Positions 23,713-36,800 are shown, numbered from the stretch's first letter. The stretch is 64,000 nt of DNA from Massalongia carnosa (GCA_965645245.1 OZ287072.1:2108001-2172000); one strand, 5' to 3'. Translations and numbers: made by a program. Notes: a model not told the origin generated them from the letters alone.

Positions 23713-26700
23713 TCATTGACCATCCATATGTACAGTTACAGGACACCCATCACCCATCACCGTTCGTAACAGAGCTGCACGGTCAATCTTGGGTCCAATA
23801 CTGCGATCATGTTCTGCAGCCGGCGGCTCACCATCGGCCATCTGTGCCACCACTTCTGGGATCTTGTCGAAGTTCTTTGTCTTATCGTTCATCTTCTTCT
23901 CCTCTTGAATACATTTTAGTAGACACGCAAGATGGAAAACATGACCGCAGGCGAATCCAATGAGAATTTGGCTGTCTATTTGGCGGAGGTTAATGGTGTT
24001 AGCCAATGTTGCTTGTGTTTGTAATGTTTGGATCAGACGTGTGGTTTGAATAAGATTATAGCCGCTAGGCGGCGCATGGCGCGGAACGGGATCGGACATT
24101 ATCGGACCGGAGGGAGAACGGAAAAACCCTAGGGGAGAAACAAGCGAAGGAAAAGAAACTCACCATTCTCGGCAAAGGGCAGATTGCAGCCGGGGCAGTG
24201 GCCTGGTTTAGGGTTGGGCGGATTGGGTGGTAATGTTGCGGTATTGGTATCTTTGTTCGTAGCTACCGTCGACGTTGCTGATAGTTCTGTGCCTGTTGTA
24301 GCCTGAGTGCCTGGTCGATGTTGCCGACTTCGAGGCCGGTGCGCGAGGTCGAACTTCACACCTTTTCGTTGCCTGCTGCCGCGCGTGGCCATGGCGGCGG
24401 CGACTTCACCGCGCAGCACGCCGGCAACGCCTAAGCTGATGCTGTGCTGGAGTTCGTACTCGCGCACCATTCGGCTCAGGCCGTCGCGCAGGCCGGGGAT
24501 CTCCAGACTAGCGGGGATGCGGCGCACGAGGCTAAGCGGATCGATAGCGGTACCTACTTCCTCTAGTAAGCCGCGGATGAAGCGCGGTTTGTTCATCGAG
24601 TAGTCGAGCAGATCATCCCACAAGGATTGATCGCCTTGCTCCTTGGCGAAGGCGATGGCCTGCGAGACGTCGTCTAAGCGGTCGATGATGAGGCGCAGGG
24701 CTTGCGCGGTACGGCCTTCTTTGGAAAGGAGATAAACCCATTCGGGGATATAGCCGCGTTGCTTGCAGATTGCTGAGGCGGCACTAAGGGTGTAGGACTG
24801 GGAAGTTTTAAGGAAGTTCAGAAGGAGGGGACGGTCATATTCGGCGAAGAGGGCGAGGGCGAGGTCGGCGTGGTCGGAGACAAGGGATTTTCCTTCTGAG
24901 GCGGCTAAGTGCGCTGTTATGGTTTTGGTTGTGTTGTTGGGGAAGCTCGAAGAGGCGTTGGTGTTGGGTCTTCGAGGGGATGATGCTGTGGTGTCGCCGT
25001 TCCACAGCGCGCGGAGGTAGAAGAAGAGGTATTTTTCCATGTTGCCATGCTGCTGCAACTGCGCGATGACGGTCGCAGGACGCACAATGCCATGGTGGGC
25101 TTCGTCAACAAGAAGCCGGATGGGCTCAAGTGTGGCTTCTTCAAGCTCAGCAAGGGAAGCGGACTTCTGCTGCGATTTGGAGACGCGTAGCAGGATGAAG
25201 CCGGGAATATCGTCGGATATTGCGTCTATAAGATGAGATTCTGCTATGAGCGCCATGGCGGCGTCGGCGTCTTGCAGGCGGATGTAGCATCCTAATGCTT
25301 GTCTTGGCCGTCCGTTTGCAACATACAAGGTAGCTAAGACATGCATCAGAATCCGCCAATCTCGACCTGTCTTACCGTCCTCGATGGAATCCTCCCGTAT
25401 ATCTCCGCCGCGTAGCCTTCCCTGTATAGCCTCGATAATACTACCCGCATCGAAGAGCTCCGGGGACCATTGTTGTAGCAGTTCTTGAAAGCGGGGTCGA
25501 TCTACTGAAATATAATGGCCGAGGATAATCTCGTAGACCATGGATGGTAGCGGTGGTCGTAGCTGAGTGGTTGGTATATATGGGGTGATCTCCTCATATT
25601 TTTTTGCTTCGGCAAATATCCAGACCCAGTGCTCCCATCGAGAAGATGTGCCAAGTACTTTTCCACATGTTTGACCGGCCTTTTCCCATTGCTTGGCCGA
25701 TATCAGTTGCTGCAACCATAGTTCGCCAATTCGACGCTTCTCCTTCTCTGCCTGCGAGTTCAGATTGTAATGGGCCGAGCTAGTTGCTTGAGAGTTGTCA
25801 TCAGCGAAGAAATCCAAAAGATCTGCTTGAGTTCTCGTTGGTGTATCAGGGTCGCTGTCAAGAGACGGATCGCCAGAAGTACCGACAGCTTCAGGATGGC
25901 GGTCGATCAGCTTCCAAGCCTCTGCATACATGGCGTGATTATCCAACCAGGAAAAGTGATCTGCCAACGTGGTCTTTGTAGCGAGAACACAGTCATAGGG
26001 GCTATGTATAAAGATCTTCATCCCATGTGTCATTATCGCTGGGTTAGCTAGACTGTCCTCACTGAAGAATTGACTGGTAGCTGTATTGGCATCACTGGGA
26101 ACCTTGCTGCTTGCTGCTGTCGCGCTTGGGCTTCCACCGCTCCGAACACTTGCTGTAGAGCTGAACAGTCTCGTAGGATACATCGTGGCATCCCATAAGC
26201 CACCTCCAATTACCTCCAGTGCCCCCCTTGTCTGTACAGCCTTATTCGATGTACGTGTAATAGGCAATACGCCAAGATGATAGTCTGTTGCTGATAAACC
26301 CTCGAAGCGGCTTATATGCAACGTGTCTGCGACACAAATTTCTTCTTTCGTCCTGATGTCGATGATTCGCATTTCAGGTTGTAATCCATTTCGTCTTCGA
26401 TTAACGCCACTTTGAGAGGCTTTTTGAGACCGAGAATGGCTCTCATGAGGAGCAATATATGCAAGTACAACAAGCAAGCTTGGGGTATAAAGCGATAATC
26501 CAGATATGATGCAATCCGTTCGTAAACTGCCAATCTCATTAGCACATAAAGCAGAAAATCATGCCTAACCTTTACATAGTCATTACTTCCACCCGCCCTG
26601 CTTTTCGTTCTCCTACATCTTTCCCAGTACTAGGCCCACCTGGATGTACATTGATAATCCAAATTGTACCAGACCAACCCACAACCAGCTTCTCAACACG

Positions 26701-27967
26701 GCGAGCCTTGACAGTCGGTCTCAAAGGATTTCGGCCTGACAATAGTCCAGTTTGCGGTAATGGAAGTGTCTCTAAGGTACCGTTTCCAACAGACTCACCG
26801 TAATCGTCGTCAGATTCTAACCCATTCTCATCAATCCATTCAACATGCGCTTTCCAGACACCTGCCATTTCATCCCATCCAGGATAGTTTGGATGATCTA
26901 TGTGGCTTATGCGTTTCCATGAAAACTCGGTTTCCCCAGCCTCCAATAACAGATTTGATCTCATTATTTTGATCCCTTGTTCATTCACCCATACGACGTA
27001 CAATCCCGATAAAGACCATTTAATTGTACTTATAGCCCCTTCACCAGAGTGCAGAATCATGTCTTTGCCTGTGTTTGTTCCAAGGCCAATTGACCCAAGC
27101 CAACCCGAAGCCGACGCTGCTGCTCCCCCGTGTGCGTTCGTAGTAGAACTGGTTCCTGATCTCCCCCCAGTGGAAAGAATCAAGTTACCCGCTAGGCCAC
27201 CAGAAAGGTAAGAACGATCATTTTTGTACTCTGGGGACATTGCAATACTTTGCACCGGCCGCCCAAAATTGCGTAACAGGATATCTTTGGGATCGACTAG
27301 CGAGGCAACACAGACTTTGCCATCTATCGAAGAAGAGCCAATATGTATCGAGTTCGAAGGTGTGAGAGGGACGGGAGGCTGTTTAAGAGTTCTAGGGGAT
27401 GGGGAGCCATCCTTGACATTTGATAACGACTGTGGCGGAGAACCCCTATATTCTGATGTGATCTTACTCACAGCTTCAACTCTCGATATCGGGAGTGGCG
27501 GAGGAAATGGCGATATTGACAACGCAGAGATCGAGGCGGAATGGGCATGATAAACTCGAATAGACTTCAATAATGGCAGCGAAAGAACATGCTATATTTA
27601 CGTAAATTATGCGACTCTTCCACCGCACCTGGTACTACTCACAATTATCCCATTATGAGTTCCGACGATCTAGACACCTTCAGCATTTGCCCCTGTATTC
27701 ACCAGCTGATACTCTCGTGATTCTTACCATCTTATCCCCTGCGACCAAGAATGCGCTGGTGGCGTCACCATTGCGATACAAAGGCCTCAAATTCTTGGTT
27801 AGGGAGGTATATTTTAGTCGGGGCTCATCCTCCTCCTCCTCCTCTCCATCTCCTTCCTCTTCCTCTTCTTCCTCTTCCCCATTGGCATTCTGCGCAAGTT
27901 TATCATTGCGAGGTCTCGTTGGATCTTCACTGTCCTTCTCTTCAATTCCTCCAACCTCCAGCGCCAT
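23713..27967 (-). CDS. VPS41: HOPS subunit Vps41, 5 exons (27967-27728, 27669-27643, 27591-26576, 26526-24164, 23975-23713)
   Basis: Acidic N-terminus plus EPRLKY, WD40 region (NFGRPVQSIAMSPEYKNDRSYLSGG), clathrin-repeat region (LWDDLLDYSMNKPRFIRGLL), C-terminal RING (CPGC...FACGHVFHLAC). Confidence 0.95.
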
Positions 27968-28223
27968 GCATGAAATTTACAGATGACTCCAGCTTGAACA
28001 CCGAATTTCCATGTAGGATAAGGGGGTTGGGGCTGCTAGTATGTATCTAAGTAGTTTCGTTGCTTGATATGAAAAGGGACGAACCGAGGCGTCCAAGATC
28101 CACCGACATCACGTCATATGTATGTACATATTTACCTGTCGTGTTGACACCATAACTTGACTTCTTTTTGTTAAGCATTTATCATAGCAACATCAGTCCG
28201 TATGATTAGAAGAATATAAGATT

Positions 28224-29654
28224 ATGAGATCAAGCCTCCGCATTCTATATAGCTTGGCTAAAATCCACGTCTCATCCGGACGACTGAAAACCGCGGCTCT
28301 TTCAAGCCGAGTAAAATGGCGCTCTTATCTTCTCTACAATAAGCCCAACCTACCATCAGGTCCGGCAAGGTTTTTCTTAAGCGCAAGATTTTTCCAAACA
28401 CAAGCAAAGATTGAAAAAGAGGAAAATCTGCAGGGGCAAAAACGGAGAACAGCTAGGTCACCCGCAGGAAAGAATTCATTAAGGAAGGTTGCAATCGAAG
28501 CACAGAGATCTCAGGATAAGCGCTTGGGAAAGGTCGCAACTTCTGAAGGGCAAATCACTACGAAGGTAAAAGTGTACGCGCATAGGTAGTCAAGCTTGAG
28601 ATAGGAGGCTAATTGAGACACCCAAATCCCACAGACTATTACAGCATTCTGCGCTGCTGAGCAGTATGACATGGACCATGTTGATAGAATTCTAAACGTT
28701 CTAGGCCAAGATAGAGATCCTTATGGGATTGAGCTCTATCCACAAGTTCTCCATTTAGAAATACCAGTAGATTCATCTATCGCCATCAACGATGACCGAA
28801 CACAGACCAGAGGGGACATATTTGTCTTTCCGTCCGGGACAGTTGTGGCATGGGGAGTTTCAAGAAATACAGTCGCAAAGCTGGTGACGGAAAAGCTGCT
28901 GCCTGCTGCCTTGTGTCCCCACCTCGAGCAGCTGGAAGAAGAAGACCTTGAGTTCGTTGAAGATTTATCGAAAGAGACTAGTAGTATTAAAGGGGATACA
29001 ATTACTATTGGTACCAAACTGAGAACGCCGCCGCATGACGCTGTGACTGTCGAAAGTCAATTTGAAGGAAAGCTTACTGTTCGAGATGCGAAGATAGAGA
29101 GCGAACTGAGCCATAACCGCAAACGTGATACGCTACTCGCAAAAGTAGCCTTTTCCTCAGGTTTAGCTAGGTCAACAAAATTGGCTGTGTTAGAGAGGTT
29201 ACTTCGAGATTACCACGAATCAACAAAACCTTTCGTTCAGATGTTGGCAAGTGGAGGCCATCTACCTCGCAGCCGTGGTGCTATCTTGGCAAAAACTGGG
29301 CAGCTTCTGAACATTCGAGCACAGCTAAATCTATATTCCGAGCTTACGGACTCTCTCCCAGATCTGTTCTGGGATAGCCGAAGTGAGCTTGGGCTAGAAG
29401 GGCATTATGACCATGTAGGACGGGCCCTTGACACTAATATCCGGGTTAAGGAGCTCAATGAGAAGATGAATTATGCACAAGAGATTGCTAATGTCCTTCG
29501 CGAAGCACTAAATGAACGCCATGGGGCGCGGTTGGAATCGATTATAATATTCCTCATCGCTGTTGAAATTGGGTTCAATATTCTACACGAATATAGATAT
29601 AGACAAGAGAAAGGTGCCAAGAAACTTGTTCAAGATGCTGATGGGCTTGCATAA
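28224..29654 (+). CDS. DUF155 family RMND1/Mrx10-like mitochondrial protein, 2 exons (28224-28565, 28635-29654)
   Basis: Basic presequence and intron 28566-28634. Motifs TAFCAAEQYD, DIFVFPSGTVVAWG, AFSSGLARSTKLAVLE, ELTDSLPDLFWD and a C-terminal TM LESIIIFLIAVEI. Confidence 0.9.
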
Positions 29655-30038
29655 TCTGCTTGGTTTATTATATCCTGTTATTTAAATGATACCCCTCTGT
29701 TCTGCAGCTTGTATTCCATTCCTCTCAATGTTTGTGAGAAGTTATATACTACTCAATTTTGTCTATTCAAAATTACATACTATTAAATCTTATCTTACTA
29801 TTATTTTTACTTAACACTTACTATAAATCTAATTATATTCTGAGAAGATACATCTGTCAACGATGATTTTAACAATACGGAACACATGTTGAGCCTTAAG
29901 ATACGAATAATCTCGGCCTGTAACAGATGTTGAAGGTTTCAACTGTCTGTCGCCGCTCTTGATACGCAAGCAAAAGGTTCATGGATGATTACATATGTAA
30001 GTGGAACTGTTACCCCCAGTCTTGCTACACTACTAGTA

Positions 30039-31974
30039 ATCGTGCCAAAACACTAAACCCCAACCGAGTCAGGGTCTAGTGCCCGACGGTCTACTGACGC
30101 ATACAGTCTACTGACGCACTTTTCCCATTTTCACTACCATTTCTGCTACAAATCGAGGACAACAACGGTTATGCAGAAACTGATTGATTATGACGCTGGT
30201 AAAATAGCTTCGCTTGTCTGGGTATCGATCTGGCGATTCTTTTATACCTTTTGTCCAGGGCAATCTGCTTCTTTTCAGCAGCTAGTGTGGCACGTTCATA
30301 GGCCAGTCTGGTCTTTTCCACCTCGTTCTGACAACGTTTCGAGGTTTTGGCCCGTACATCTCCTACAGTTATGACCCCTCCCTTCTGGGCGACCTTACCA
30401 TCCAATTTTCTACGGGCCGCCTTCGCGATGGACTGTTGTTGACTGGCTCGAAGGTCCCGCTCAATAATCTGACGTGCATGCGCATTGGAAATAGAGCCCT
30501 TCACAAATCGATTCACATGACAATCCCATTCATTGTCCAGCACGTTGTATTTCTTCAAACTCATTCGAAGGTGTAAGCCATATTCAACCACCTCTTTAGT
30601 CGTACGGGGCGTTCTGGCGAGCAGAGGGGCTGACAAAGGTGGGGGCGGGGTAGCAGGTCTCCGAGTTTGAATTTCCTCCAGCTTTCGAATTACCACATTG
30701 GGGTTATAAGGCACCAGACCCGTGTTTCTGAATGACGATAATATGGTAGATGAGGTGAATGTTTGATTTCACATGCGCTGAAAAATGGACAAAAAATCCA
30801 GTTTGTCGAAATCTGCCCCTCCGAGTCGCACCATCTCGTCAATGCCTTCGGAATGATAATGTTTGAACGGCTGAAAACATCCTACATCCAATGGCTGAGT
30901 GAGATGTGTTGAATGAGGAGGCAAACGAAACAATTCAATGTGATTTCGTTTGGCATATGTAAAAAACTCATATGTCATATGAGATCCATACCCGTCCATG
31001 ATCAACATACGCCAGGCCCCTACCTGACCCTTTCGACTGTGTTTATCGAAATGTTTCAACCAATCAATAGCCAAATCATCATTGGAATAGCCGGTAGGAC
31101 TAGTAGTCAACAAAACATCGTCATTCAGATCGTTTTGTTGTGTCCACTTTTCGAGAATCAAAACCCCCGCTATAATCACCATGGGGGGAATGTTTCGCCC
31201 CCCAGCACTAATACACTCACACGAGGTGACATATTCTCTATTATCTGGATCTGTCAATAGCAAGGGCTTTCTGGAGTGAGTTGATATAACCCAATGAGCC
31301 CTGTCACAGCCAATTCGAAAGCCCATTTCATCCATGTTCCAAACGTCCTCGTCCGCTATTCCCCGCGTCTTTCGCGCAGTTCGATATACTTCAAAATACT
31401 CGAGCCTGTCCTTTGCATTGTGCGCGTGTTTTCGCTCAGCGGCCAGAGGTTTGTGTTTTCGCTTGAAAAATTGAGGATGACGATTGAGGAAACGTTTGGT
31501 CCAGGCCTCGCTGACGTGAGGGGGGGGGATGGAGGCGTCTAAATGAGCTTCTCTTAGTAGATAATTAGCAGCCCCCCGAACCATTGAAAACCTGGCTGAT
31601 TGTTCGGCTTGATCGAGCATCACAATATATTCACAAAGGGCCAATTCTTGTTCATCAGATAAAGCCTTGTTGGGGCCAGATCGACCGATGCGCGAACCCC
31701 CTCCAGCAAGTCGTCTTTGAAGCGTACGAATGTCGACATCGAAATCAAATGGCTACTGCGCGTATACTTCGAAATTCACCCGTGTTCCACGCGCTTATAG
31801 CATCGACAATTTGATCCTCCTTATTAGAATATGAGTTAGGCATGGTGGTGGTAGATGAACGACGTGGTGAAAATGGTAGTGAAAATGGGAAAAGTGCGTC
31901 AGTAGACTGTATGCGTCAGTAGACCGTCGGGCACTAGACCCTGACTCGGTTGGGGTTTAGTGTTTTGGCACGAT
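30039..31974 (-). mobile_element. Fot1/pogo-like DNA transposon with perfect 104-bp TIRs and TA duplication
   Basis: 30039-30142 is the exact reverse complement of 31871-31974. TA at 30037-30038 and 31975-31976. A 17-bp direct repeat pair lies inside each TIR. Confidence 0.95.
30169..31843 (-). pseudogene. Full-length pogo/Fot1 DDE_1 transposase (~558 aa) with one +1 frameshift (~31748) and one nonsense codon (30769-30771)
   Basis: MPNSYSNKEDQIVDAI..., HTH/CENP-B, WNMDEMGF, MLIMDGYGSH, LPPHSTHLTQPLDVGCFQPFK. ORFs 30769-31644 and 30169-30714 are in frame across a TGA. Confidence 0.92.
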
Positions 31975-32033
31975 TATCAAATTTTTTACATTTCTCCCTC
32001 TTCTATCTGCATTATCAACTCAATTAATTCATT

Positions 32034-33119
32034 ATGAACTCAGCAGACGAACTGCCCAAAGAGGATCTGGATTGGTTAAAGCAGTATTTTGAACCGAAAA
32101 CACGAAGCCGTTTAAAAGGTCGCTATCGTCTTCTTGTTCTCGATGGACAAGCTTCTCATCTTACTTCAGAAGCGATTCAGTTTTGTAAGGAAAAAGACAT
32201 CATTCTTTTATGTCTTCCTTCTCATTCAACGGATATGCTTCAGCCTTTAGACGTTGGTGTTTTTCATCCATTGTCTACGGCCTATCGGGTGGAACTGGAG
32301 AAGTATACTAGACTAGGAGTTGGTTATTCAATTGATAAATCAGACTTTCTGCTTCTTTATCAAAAGGCTCGAAACAGAGCTTTATCCACTCCAAATATTC
32401 AGCATGCCTGGTCCAAAAGTGGATTGTTTCCATTCAATCCTGGTATAGTTCTTCAAAAACTTCCTAGTCCACCTCATCCTTCTACGCCTCCGAAAATGAC
32501 AGTCACGAGTTCAAATGATGTCTCTGTTTCAGTGGCATTTACTCCAGCAAATGCTGATCAAGTCCATAATTTGATGGAGCAATTGACTGACAATGACTCA
32601 AATCAATTGATTCTCGACAAGCTTGGAAAGGCCTGCAAATCCGCGTTGGCAAGCAGTCATCTTCTCAGGATTATAAACGAAGAACTTCTTGTAGCTGCTC
32701 GTCGTAAACACGAGAGAGCAAATCGAGCGAAGGGACATTATGGTACTGCTAGAATCATGAATTCGGAGGTTCTCGAGGAACGAGAGCAAAAACTAGCTAG
32801 CAAAGAAAAGGAAGAGATTGATAAACAAATGACCAAAGAGTTCAATCTTTTGGTGAAATCTTTCAACAAACTCAGTCCCGATTTATTCATGGAGTCAAAA
32901 CAACGCATTCCCATCAAGAAAGCTCTTCAAAGGCCTCCAATGCTTCCTCCGCCTTCGGATTCAATCATACTTCTCTCGCCCAGTCCTATCAAGAAGCGAT
33001 CGAGAGGAAATTCATTGCCAAAAAAGACTTTCATGATTGAGCCGGAGGCGAATAGAATGAAAGAAATGCGCATCAGTCGAAGTGGTAGGACAATAAAGCT
33101 GTGGCAAAAGCTTGATTAG
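32034..33119 (+). pseudogene. Pogo/Fot1 transposase derivative: native N-terminus fused in frame to the second half of the DDE_1 domain; 361-codon ORF still open
   Basis: MNSADELPKED|LDWLKQYF...RLLVLDGQASH...LPSHSTDMLQPLDVGVF. The DNA-binding domains and the first catalytic Asp motif (NxDE) are absent. Confidence 0.85.
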
Positions 33120-33889
33120 AGAACTAGAAACTCGCCTCGTACGCATGATCCTCCTCCTCCTAGCCAATAAAAAGTCTCTGTACGTATAAACAGTCCTTTC
33201 ACATGTTCATTTGCCCTGAGTTTATCTGTCAAATGATGTTGATGGGACTTCAGGACCTATCCTAAAAAAACTCCCTCCGATCCAACACAAGCAACGCCTT
33301 CTTGATCAACAGTATCGCTTTTTCGAAGCTCAAACTGGAAGACCTCGTTGATTAGAGGACATCGATTGGTCAAGGGAAAGTTATTAGGACAGTCTGCTGC
33401 TGTCAGACAGCTGGAAAGTGGAGTGGAAAAGGAGGGGGCGATGAGGTTTAAACGTGCATACAAAGCTCAATTCCAGTTCTTTTGATGCAGCCATTAGGTT
33501 ATATTTAAGGTCAATAAATCTTCAAATTATTTCAAACCGACTTATCAGTTGGCTTGCAATTACTAGCAATTTTGGTGGCATGCGAAGCTGAAAGGTAAAG
33601 GTTTTCGGACTTTGGTGGGGTGCTTACTAACTAGCGTGTTGCAAATGGGGTGTGTTGGTGAATACGAGTATGATACTCTGTACAATAAACCACGGGAGTT
33701 TAAAGCTCATAGGACGGGTATTCAGCCCTATTATTAGCGCTTCCGGATGAGCTCCAAACAGTTTGGCTGTTCAATACAGATCGTAACTAACTAGCTCCAT
33801 AACATCCATATATAGCTAGCGTAGCGGTCTATGAGTAACCGTCTTCCGATCTCTCCCATAATCTTTCAGATGGAGGGTTATAGATCAGC

Positions 33890-36800
33890 ATGCGACGTCC
33901 CCCTCTGGTGGTAAGTCTTCAGCTTGTCTTAGGCTTTCAAATGCTAAAATTTTCACAATTAGGATCCAACGTTCCCGTATATCTGTATCTACTGTGTTAC
34001 ATGGGGACAAACAGTTACTGCCGTGACTCGCAACTTGCCCCAGCGAAGGTTTTTTCAACCTAGTCGCAATGTATACAAGCCGCCAGCCAATGCAGCAGCG
34101 CAGGACGAGCAGAATGACTCTATCCTTCCTCTCGTAACCCTCTCCCCACGACGTCAGCGTGGGTGGGCAAAGGCTACCTTTTCTAGCGAACTAACTCCTG
34201 AGGAACTCAAGATTCGAGAAGCTCTGCAACCTCGTTCTCCTCCTACCCCCAAAGCAAGTCATTCTCCTGCCCATGGAAACGCAACGTCACATACTAAGAA
34301 GCCTGATGGTGCTTCTCAACCCATACCTCAAAGGCCCCCCCAATCTAATAGCTTTTCTCAACAACCACATCAACCACCGCGTAAAATTATAACCGCTTCT
34401 CAACAAAATGATTCGCCGCTCCCTGAAGCTCATAATACCACCCGTGAAGCTGATGGGAGGCATGAGCCCCTTCGAACAACTGCAAGGGCTGCAGGTTCAC
34501 TTGCAGCCACGGTACGAGATAAGAGGCTTGAAAATTTTATCCGTAGTTCCCGAGATATCCAAGCGAATCATACAAGGATAGGTTTTTGGGATTGCCCCAA
34601 TTGCAATACCTCTAATTCTAGAGATAGCACAGTCTGTCTGGGATGTCAGAAACTTAAATCCCGCCCAGGAACTCGAAGCAATCACTCTGAAATGATACCT
34701 GATGCAAATCAGCCTGAATATCACGATCCATGTATTGCTCGAGGATGGGAACATTTGAGACGCTCTACTCGAAAGCAGCAAGAGGCCGCAGAAAGCCTTG
34801 CCCATGCGCCCCCTTTTGCAGTGCCCAGAACTGCAGAAATTGACAGGCTGTCTACGGAACGGGCGCGATTGGAGGAATTGCGGCGGGCTAGATTGGAGGA
34901 AGCCAAAAATGGTAAATTTGTACAACTACAACCAGGATTTTCGAAGGCTCCTTCGAAGAACCTAGGCTCTGTAGTCTCCGTTGATGGAATGTTGAGCTCC
35001 CAAACGTCTAATACCAACCAACCGCGTAAAACCGTGTCTTTGTCTTCAGTGTCAGGCCCTAGGCAAATGCCCTACCAGCATCAACCCCGAAATCAGGCAA
35101 ACAAAGTTAGATATGAAAGATCCACCGCGTCTTCGATTCCTGAGTCGCTTTCTACTGGGCTGAATTCTATATCTAGTCGGTCTACTCCAGCAAAAAAAGA
35201 CCTCTCTTATAGCGCTATGACAGACTCTCCCCGCTCTCACAGTTCCCCTCGAGCTCAAGTATCTCCGTTGCCAAAAGCTACAAATTCTCCACTACTCGAA
35301 GAATCCTCTAGCAACCTTAGAAATTCGAAAGGCTGGAAAAGGATGAGTCGCCTATCAAATGATCTTTCGCCTACCACCGTAACAGATGTCTCTCCTGCTG
35401 GGGTAATATCACTATCTTCCCCTGTGGAAAAGGCTTCGGCTGAGAAGCAAGTATTATTTTCGGAGAAGAAAGATCAACTATCAAGAGTTGAGCAACCATT
35501 TGCCTCAATCAGGGATTCTAGGGGTTGGACGAAGTGGAACGGCCCAATCTCAGTGTCCTCCGCTGGCACAGCACCATATACGCAAGCAACATCAAAGAAC
35601 CCCCCTCAATCGCAACCATCTATAGTTGTTGAAAGTAAGGAAACCCAAGATCCAAAGATACTTGAGAAAAACATGAAAACTTCACCGGGTTGGAGAAAAT
35701 GGTCGCCTGAATTAGAGAGACTCTCTCCTGTAGCTGTAGAGAGCTTCTCTCAAGAGAAAAAGGCTCTTACCGCCAAGCAAAATGTAGCGTCAGAGACTGT
35801 AGGGTTCCAATTTGATCTCGGTTTAGGGAAATCTAGTGGGTGGGGGAACGTGTTACCTTCAACAAAAGAAATATCTACGAGCAGTAACAGCTTTCGGCAT
35901 GGGTTACCTGCAGAACATAGATCTAGATTAAACTTGGACTCCGAGCGCAGTTCGAACCATAAAGAGCGGCGGGAAGACCCTGGGCGCAGGTTATGGATAT
36001 CACGCAAAGTGGACTTAAATCCATTCCCTGAGCCCAGCCCAGCCCAGCCTAATGGGGTTGTTCAATCCCAGTTCGAATCAAATACTGGGCCCAGATCATC
36101 GAGAACAGAGTACAGCCTTGGCTCGAGTTCTCCATATTCAACGGGCAAAAATCGTGATCGTGATAGGAAGAGAAAGCGGTTTGTTTCCGATTACAAGAAA
36201 GACTTTGAGGACGATTATCCAGTTGATAGAACTGAGCGGAAGCGACAGAGGCAGAAAGCTAGAGCTGCCAAAAAATTCGCAGGGCCACCAACTCCCATTT
36301 ATTTACCTGAGTTTATCACGGTAGCCAACTTGGCAGCTGTTCTCCGAGTCAGAGTAGAAGATTTTGGCAACAAAATGCGTGATTTGGGATTCGAGGAAAC
36401 CAACAATGACCATATCCTTGATGCGGAGACTGCTGGTCTTATCGCTGCGGAGTTTAATTTCGAACCTATTTTAGATACCAATGAAAGCGAGGACCTAGTC
36501 CCTCGTCCTCCAGCGGAGGATGTGTCATTGTTGCCTGCACGACCTCCTATTGTTACCATTATGGGGCACGTCGACCATGGCAAGACTACGCTTTTGGACT
36601 GGCTAAGGAATGCTTCTGTGGCAGCATCTGAACATGGTGGGATCACCCAGCACATTGGTGCATTCTCTGTGGCGATGCCTGGTGGAAGACTGATTACCTT
36701 TCTCGATACGCCTGGGCACGCAGCTTTCCTGAGCATGCGACAGCGCGGCGCCAACGTAACAGATATTGTCATTCTGGTGGTGGCCGCCGACGACAGCGTG

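Larger units (their letters stand above)
29996..33668 (+). mobile_element. Older internally deleted Fot1/pogo-like element hosting the 30039-31974 insertion; ends uncertain
   Basis: Transposase-derived ORF at 32034-33119. Only weak inverted similarity between ~30011-30038 and ~33626-33650. Confidence 0.4.

Noticed and set aside
24129..24163. 35-bp in-frame intron in VPS41 joining to the ORF at 24099
   Set aside because: Too short and lacks a branch site. The acceptor at 23976 has a GCTAAC branch and gives normal RING spacing.
30769..31750. Programmed frameshift or stop readthrough in the pogo transposase
   Set aside because: No slippery heptamer is evident. The lesions are simply explained as a 1-nt insertion and CGA>TGA.
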